Source: Promethearchaeota archaeon
GTDB taxonomy: Archaea; Asgardarchaeota; Lokiarchaeia; Sigyniarchaeales; SOKP01
NCBI GenBank assembly: GCA_030603385.1
Contig: JAUVXW010000023.1
Location: forward strand, 1 to 64,000
Direction of reading: 5' to 3'
DNA: 64,000 bases
Positions 58,524 through 64,000 of this stretch are shown piece by piece. Numbering within the stretch: the stretch's first letter is position 1; the number at the start of each line of letters is the position of its first letter. The notes under the pieces are model-generated. The model had not been told where the DNA came from and did not search any database. It saw nothing but the letters and a program-made list of their open reading frames with translations. A program made the position numbers and the translations under genes.

Positions 58524-59180
58524 ATGAAATTTTTTATAGATACTGCTAACTTAAAGCAAATAAAAGAAATGCAAGAACTAGGTATAATCGATGGTGTAAC
58601 TACCAATCCTACCCTACTTTCAAGAGAAGGGGTTGATCCTATAGAACAATTAAAAAAAATTTGTGAAACTGTTGATGGCCCCGTTAGTGCTGAAGTTATT
58701 GGGTTAAAAACGGAGGAAATGGTTAAAGAAGCAAGAGAATTGATAAAAATCGCTCCTAACATTGTTATTAAAATTCCGATGACAAAGGATGGGATAAAAG
58801 CAGTAAAAATTCTTGAGGCTGAAAATATTAGAACAAATGTAACTTTAGTTTTCTCTCAAAATCAAGTTTTGATAGCAGCAAAAGCAGGTGCTTCCTATAT
58901 TAGTCCTTTCATTGGAAGGTTAATGGATAATGGTCAAAACGAGATTGATATGCTATGGGAATCGATGGAAATTTTAAATGCTTATGATTTTAAATCAGAA
59001 TTAATAGTTGCATCTGTAAGAAATACTAGACATATTGTTGAAGCTGCAAAATTGGGAGCACATATTGCAACTATTCCGTTTTCAGTTTTAGAAAAAATGT
59101 TTGTTCACCCGAATACTGAAAAAGGTTTAGAAGATTTTCTAAGAGATTGGAAGAAATTAAAAGATCAATTAAATAGATAA
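58524..59180 (+). CDS. tal: Transaldolase (MipB/TalC-type)
   Basis: FIDTAN, GVTTNP, SAEV, VIKIP Schiff-base Lys, SPFIGR (Phe indicates transaldolase rather than FSA). Confidence 0.92.
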   Translation: MKFFIDTANLKQIKEMQELGIIDGVTTNPTLLSREGVDPIEQLKKICETVDGPVSAEVIGLKTEEMVKEARELIKIAPNIVIKIPMTKDGIKAVKILEAENIRTNVTLVFSQNQVLIAAKAGASYISPFIGRLMDNGQNEIDMLWESMEILNAYDFKSELIVASVRNTRHIVEAAKLGAHIATIPFSVLEKMFVHPNTEKGLEDFLRDWKKLKDQLNR

Positions 59181-59202
59181 AGAATAATGCAAATTCATAG
59201 CA

Positions 59203-60201
59203 ATGTCTCAGATTGAAAGTATTAAAGAATGGAAACAAAAGAAAGTCTTAATTATAGGAGAAGCTTTAGTAGATAAATATATTTTTGGCTATGCTGATAG
59301 AATTTCTCCTGATGCCCCAGTTCCAAATGTAAAAATTGAAAGAAGTGAAACATATATTGGTGCTATTGGATTAGTATTGCAATATATCAAATCTTTAGGT
59401 GGTATACCAGAAGTTTTTACAGTTATTGGTAGTGATTTTGAAGGGGATTTTTTCTTAAAATATATCAAAGAACTAAATATTGATCCATCAGGTATAATAG
59501 TAGATGAAAGTATAAATACACCCCAAATTACCCGCATTAAAGCATTGAATCAACATGTTTTACGTTTAGAAACAGATTATACTAATGAAATCTCAGAAAA
59601 TATAATTGAGAAATTCTATGATAAAATTGAAACTAGATCTCGTGATATTGATTCAATATTAGTTTTAGATTATGGTACAGGAGGGTTATTTAAAGATATT
59701 TTTATTCAAAATTTATTATCAAGGTTGAAAGAATATTATAGAAATATTCCTATTCTTGCTCGTCCAACTATCTCCAATTATTATCTATATGAAGACGTGG
59801 ATTTGATTAAAATGAACCTTCAAAAAGCTTTAGAAACCTTTTCAATTGATTGTTGTAATGATACTAGTATTATAATAGCAGGGAAGAGAATTTTAAACTC
59901 ATCTAAATGTAAAAATGTATTATTAAATTATTTAGAATTAGATTCTTATCTTTTTTATAAGAATTTTGAGAAAGTGGAAAAGATTAAACCAATCTTACAA
60001 CAACCTGCTAGGAGTTATGTGGCAGTTGGGAGTGTGATAATGGCAACATTAGGCTTATCATTTGCATCAAAAGTTCCAGTTTCTAGTGGAGCAAGAATAG
60101 CTCTTTCTGCTGCAGCACTTACTGCTTCTTTACCTCCAGTAGAGTTTTATGATTCTAATAAACTTAGCAATTTTATCATTTCAAATTCCAATAATAAATA
60201 A
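59203..60201 (+). CDS. HldE/RfaE domain-I-like PfkB kinase, catalytic motif degenerate
   Basis: LIIGE..VDKY..G...RISPDAPVP, LDYG.G; DVTGAGD replaced by SYVAVGS. Confidence 0.8.
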   Translation: MSQIESIKEWKQKKVLIIGEALVDKYIFGYADRISPDAPVPNVKIERSETYIGAIGLVLQYIKSLGGIPEVFTVIGSDFEGDFFLKYIKELNIDPSGIIVDESINTPQITRIKALNQHVLRLETDYTNEISENIIEKFYDKIETRSRDIDSILVLDYGTGGLFKDIFIQNLLSRLKEYYRNIPILARPTISNYYLYEDVDLIKMNLQKALETFSIDCCNDTSIIIAGKRILNSSKCKNVLLNYLELDSYLFYKNFEKVEKIKPILQQPARSYVAVGSVIMATLGLSFASKVPVSSGARIALSAAALTASLPPVEFYDSNKLSNFIISNSNNK

Positions 60202-60222
60202 ATCAGTAATACAGGTTTAAGA

Positions 60223-61089
60223 ATGACATTATCAGAAGCAGAAGGGAAAAAAATTTTACATGACATTTTGGGAATAAAAAAAGATGTTTTGAAAATGATT
60301 TTTCAGGCCCAATCTGGTCATCCTGGTGGGTCACTTTCCTGTGTTACTATTATTTATCTTCTTTATAATAACGTTATGAGGATTAATCGAGAGGATCCTC
60401 AATGGACTGAAAGAGATACATTTATTTTAAGTAAAGGACATGCAGCACCAGCTTTGTATGCAGTTTTATCAAAGATAGGATTTATTAAAAGAAAAGATCT
60501 ATTTACTTTAAGGCAAATTGGTTCAGATCTACAGGGGCACCCAGTAAAAAACTCAAAAATTGGAATTGAAATATCTACAGGTTCTTTAGGCATGGGTTTA
60601 TCAATAGGAGTGGGGTGTGCTTTAGCAGCAAAGCTGGACAAGGAAGAAAGATTGATTTATGTGTTATTAGGAGACGGAGAGTTAAATGAGGGCTCAATCT
60701 GGGAAGCTGCAATGGCAGGGAGTCATTATAAATTAGATAACCTAATCGCGATAGTAGATAGAAATGGTATTCAAAATGATGGATCTACTGAAGAAATTAT
60801 GGCTTTAGAACCCTTAGCAGAAAAATGGAAAGCTTTCGGATGGGAAGTTATTGAAACTGATGGGTCAAATCTTAAAGAAATTCTACAAGGATTTGAAAGG
60901 TGTAAAAGCATAGTTGGGAAGCCAAAAGTTATGATCTCATATTTAATTAAAGGTGCTGACGTATCATTCATGCAACATACCCAAAAATATCATGGACGCG
61001 CCCCAAATGAAGAAGAATTCATATTAGCTTTGAAAGAACTTGAGGACATTGAGGATGATTTAAAAAGAGGGATTCCCCATAATGAGTGA
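60223..61089 (+). CDS. Transketolase, N-terminal subunit
   Basis: SGHPGGSLS, FILSKGHA, LQGHP, GSLG.G, GDGELNEG..WEA...N TPP motif. Confidence 0.96.
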   Translation: MTLSEAEGKKILHDILGIKKDVLKMIFQAQSGHPGGSLSCVTIIYLLYNNVMRINREDPQWTERDTFILSKGHAAPALYAVLSKIGFIKRKDLFTLRQIGSDLQGHPVKNSKIGIEISTGSLGMGLSIGVGCALAAKLDKEERLIYVLLGDGELNEGSIWEAAMAGSHYKLDNLIAIVDRNGIQNDGSTEEIMALEPLAEKWKAFGWEVIETDGSNLKEILQGFERCKSIVGKPKVMISYLIKGADVSFMQHTQKYHGRAPNEEEFILALKELEDIEDDLKRGIPHNE

Positions 61090-62020
61090 ACAAGATCTTA
61101 GAGATACATTTGGGGAATTTTTAGTGAAAATTGGTCATTCAAATAATAACGTTGTCGTTTTAGATTCTGATTTATCTTCTTCTACAAGAACTTATAAATT
61201 TGCTAAAGAATATCCTGATAGATTCTTTAATATGGGTATAGCTGAGCAAAACATGCTAGGCACTGCCTTAGGACTCGCAATATCCGGAAAAGTTCCAGTT
61301 GTAAGTGGTTTTTCAATCTTTACTTTAGGAAGAGCATGGGAATTCATTAGATTGGCATGCCATGATAATTTAAATATAAAAATTATCACAACTCATAGTG
61401 GTTTTGTAGGAGGAGATGGAAGTACTCATAATGCATTAGAAGATTTAAGCCTAATGTGTTCACTCCCTAATTTAAAAATTTTAAACCCATTAGATAATAT
61501 TGAACTTATCAAAATGTTAGAATATATATTTGATGCAAAAGGTCCTTTTTATATTAGATTACCTAGAGGATCATTTCCCAAAATTCATAATGAAGACTAT
61601 AAGTTCCTTATTGGAAAACCAGATGTAGTTAAAGACGGTGATGACATTTGCTTAGTAGGAACTGGTTATGGTACTATATTAGCTTTAGATTCCGCTCCTT
61701 ATATTGAGAAAAAATTAGGGATTTCCATAAAAGTTGTTAATCTTTCTAGTGTTAAGCCAATTAATATTAGTGCTTTAATAAAAGAGATGTCAAATACAAA
61801 AGGAGTCGTAACTCTTGAAGAACATAATATTTATTGTGGATTTGGGAGCATCTTAGCTAGAATTATTTCTGAATATTTTCCTATGCCAATGAAATTCATT
61901 GGTATTGAGGAATCATTTGGACAATCTGGCAATAGAGAGAAGTTGTTAAATTTTTATGGCTTAAATAAAGAGAAGATTATGGAGAAAATTAAAAATTTGT
62001 TAATATCAGTGAGAAAATAA
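61082..62020 (+). CDS. Transketolase, C-terminal subunit
   Basis: DL..ST, GIAEQN, DGSTH, YIRL.R, EEH...G.G. Confidence 0.96.
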   Translation: MSEQDLRDTFGEFLVKIGHSNNNVVVLDSDLSSSTRTYKFAKEYPDRFFNMGIAEQNMLGTALGLAISGKVPVVSGFSIFTLGRAWEFIRLACHDNLNIKIITTHSGFVGGDGSTHNALEDLSLMCSLPNLKILNPLDNIELIKMLEYIFDAKGPFYIRLPRGSFPKIHNEDYKFLIGKPDVVKDGDDICLVGTGYGTILALDSAPYIEKKLGISIKVVNLSSVKPINISALIKEMSNTKGVVTLEEHNIYCGFGSILARIISEYFPMPMKFIGIEESFGQSGNREKLLNFYGLNKEKIMEKIKNLLISVRK

Positions 62021-62032
62021 TTTTTATCTATT

Positions 62033-63010
62033 TTAAGTTAATTGTTCATATCCATCTTCTGCAACCAAAATAGTTTCCTCAGATTGTGCTACATAAACTC
62101 CTTTTTTTTCTGCTAATACAAAATGAACTTGCAGTTTTCCTTGTTGTACTAACTCTTGAATCCCAAATGCAATTCCCATCCTGAATTCATTAGCTAACCA
62201 TCTTTCAGCAAATGGTAATGTTTTGTAATTTTTATTCACAAAACCTAAAAGCTGTTTAGAGGCTTTTCTACGTAAGGGAACTCTTCCAGAATATGGATTC
62301 AACTCATAAATATGTGAGTATTGCGTATTGTGAACTGATCCTTCACCAGTGCTAGCGAATATTTCTATAGCAAAAACTTCACCTTCTTCCATTATATCTC
62401 CCCCTTGAGAACCCAATTCGGGTAATTGTTTTCTCCCATGAACTGTCCATCTCTCAATTTGATGGCCTCCAAGTTCTTTTATTGGATTATATTTAAATCC
62501 TCTAACTATGTCTTCAATTTTTTGCCCTAATTCCCTCGTATTTACTTTTGGTTTTATCATCATTTTTACCGCATCAAGAGCAACTTCTGTTGCTTGTACA
62601 ATATTTTCAAGTGATTCATCTTCATTGAAATTAACGGTGAATGCAGTATCGACGATATAACCTTCAATGTGCACGCCCAAATCTATTTTTACTAAATCAC
62701 CTTCAACTATCATTAAACCGTCATCCTTTAAAGGAGATGTATAATGTGCTGCAATATTATTTACACATAAATTTACAGGAAATGCACATAAACCGCCTAA
62801 ATCTTCAATTTTAGCCTCGGTCATAGCAACAATATCTAATGCTTTCGTTCCAGGCTTGATTTTTGGTTTAATATCCTTTTTAACTTCTTGTGCTATTTTT
62901 CCTGCCTTTCTAAGTGATTCTATTTTAATTCTATCTTCTTCTTCTTTTTCTAACTCTTCCTTGCTTTTTTCTTCTTGAGTTTCACTATTTGATTTTTTAT
63001 TCTCGGTCAT
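62033..63010 (-). CDS. map: Methionine aminopeptidase type II
   Basis: AFPVN....IAAHYT, KIDLGVH.EGYIVDTA, GHQI....VH, AIE.FA, AQSEET. Confidence 0.96.
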   Translation of the reverse strand: MTENKKSNSETQEEKSKEELEKEEEDRIKIESLRKAGKIAQEVKKDIKPKIKPGTKALDIVAMTEAKIEDLGGLCAFPVNLCVNNIAAHYTSPLKDDGLMIVEGDLVKIDLGVHIEGYIVDTAFTVNFNEDESLENIVQATEVALDAVKMMIKPKVNTRELGQKIEDIVRGFKYNPIKELGGHQIERWTVHGRKQLPELGSQGGDIMEEGEVFAIEIFASTGEGSVHNTQYSHIYELNPYSGRVPLRRKASKQLLGFVNKNYKTLPFAERWLANEFRMGIAFGIQELVQQGKLQVHFVLAEKKGVYVAQSEETILVAEDGYEQLT

Positions 63011-63183
63011 TAAAATTACTAATGTGGATTTTGATAAAAATATTTTTTAAATAAGTATTTACTTTAATATTAAAGTTAACATTAAAATTAGATCAAAAAT
63101 AAAAATAATTTTATAATATAATTTTATTATTAGAATATTATTATTAGAATATTAAATATCTACTTATTCATGTTGATTAATCT

Positions 63184-63555
63184 TTGAGTGAAAATATAGC
63201 TGAACTCACTGACTTATTACGCCAAATGGAAGCTGTAAATCCAGATATCCAGGGTTCAGCTATCGTTAGCGTTCAAGGGCTTCCAATATGCTCTGCGCTT
63301 GCGAGAGATATTAATGATGGTATAGTTTCAGCGATGAGTGCAGCTATTCTAAGTGTTTCTGAACGCGCCGTAGAAGAACTTGCTCGAGGAGATTTGAAGC
63401 GAATACTAATAGAAGGTGTTGACGGCATCATAATATTGTCTAAAGCCGGGGAAAACGCTATTTTATGTACTCTCGCGAAAAGTGATGCCTCTCTCGGCAT
63501 GGTCTTTCTTAACATTCAAAGCGTCTCAAATAAGATTGCTGATTTGTTAGATTAA
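63184..63555 (+). CDS. Roadblock/LC7 domain protein
   Basis: SAIVS..GLPI.S, VSAMSAA.LS..ER...EL..G.L....IEG..G, LG. Confidence 0.93.
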   Translation: MSENIAELTDLLRQMEAVNPDIQGSAIVSVQGLPICSALARDINDGIVSAMSAAILSVSERAVEELARGDLKRILIEGVDGIIILSKAGENAILCTLAKSDASLGMVFLNIQSVSNKIADLLD

Positions 63556-63647
63556 TTTCTAAAGATTTTTTTTCCAATATATAGTTGATTGGTTTTATCA
63601 AATATATCTAAATGAGAAAAGTAAATTTAAATAAGTGTTTTAAAATT

Positions 63648-64000
63648 CTATTTTCGAATTTCTTCGATTTGGTCAAATATTTTATCAAACCTTTCTCTTA
63701 TAGAACCATATAAACCTTCTTCTTCAGAGACCACAGAATTAATTGCTGTTTTTAATCCATAATGACTTTCAGATATTAGAACTCTAATTGGTAAAGTAAG
63801 AATATCATTAAATATCATCAAGATTTCTTGAATTATGTTAATAATTTGAGGTACTCTTTCACGAGTTTTATCAATTGGCGTAGTCTCAGAGGAAATCAGA
63901 CCATTCTCTCTTTCTTTCTTTAATTCTTCCCAAACATTTTCTTTTAATTCGGAGAACTCAATACCTAAGTTTTCAAGGGCCAATTGAGCACCTTCAAATA
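63648..64000 (-). CDS. Hypothetical protein, 3' part (runs off window edge)
   Basis: Frame remains open upstream of the TTG at 63983 to the window end. Confidence 0.65.
   Translation of the reverse strand, partial: FEGAQLALENLGIEFSELKENVWEELKKERENGLISSETTPIDKTRERVPQIINIIQEILMIFNDILTLPIRVLISESHYGLKTAINSVVSEEEGLYGSIRERFDKIFDQIEEIRK

Noticed and set aside
63124-63153. Short tandem repeat TTATTATTAGAATA x2
   Set aside because: Two AT-rich copies only; likely slippage
1-64000. CRISPR array, rRNA, transposase/integrase, selenoprotein or SECIS
   Set aside because: No regularly spaced repeats, rRNA-like tract, DDE/tyrosine recombinase ORF, or in-frame TGA at a Cys position was seen

Overview
AT-rich archaeal chromosomal window, most consistent with an Asgard archaeon (Lokiarchaeia-like). 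This rests on the archaeal r-protein set plus several eukaryote-like proteins: ribophorin-I-like, OSTC/DC2-like, DPM2-like, RPC34-like and roadblock. Contents: (i) a variable left end with a tRNA 3' fragment nested in inverted repeats and several gene remnants; (ii) the S19-to-L15 ribosomal protein operon, including an uS14 gene missed by the ORF track because it appears to start at ATT; (iii) housekeeping, metabolic and RNA-modification genes; (iv) an Opp/Dpp peptide ABC transporter whose two ATPases carry large insertions, one with transmembrane helices; (v) a protein translocation/N-glycosylation neighbourhood (UbiA, HtpX-like, AglH, intron-containing tRNA-Gln, Trm112, ribophorin I, Sec61beta, GTs); (vi) a heptose biosynthesis + non-oxidative pentose phosphate operon. 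The most striking recurring signal is DNA insertion that leaves direct duplications with no recombinase in the window: a 137-bp direct repeat bracketing a single lineage-specific repeat-protein gene, displaced and diverged 3' ends of ubiA and oppF, and an att-like tRNA fragment. All calls come from motif recognition by eye; no database searches were run.
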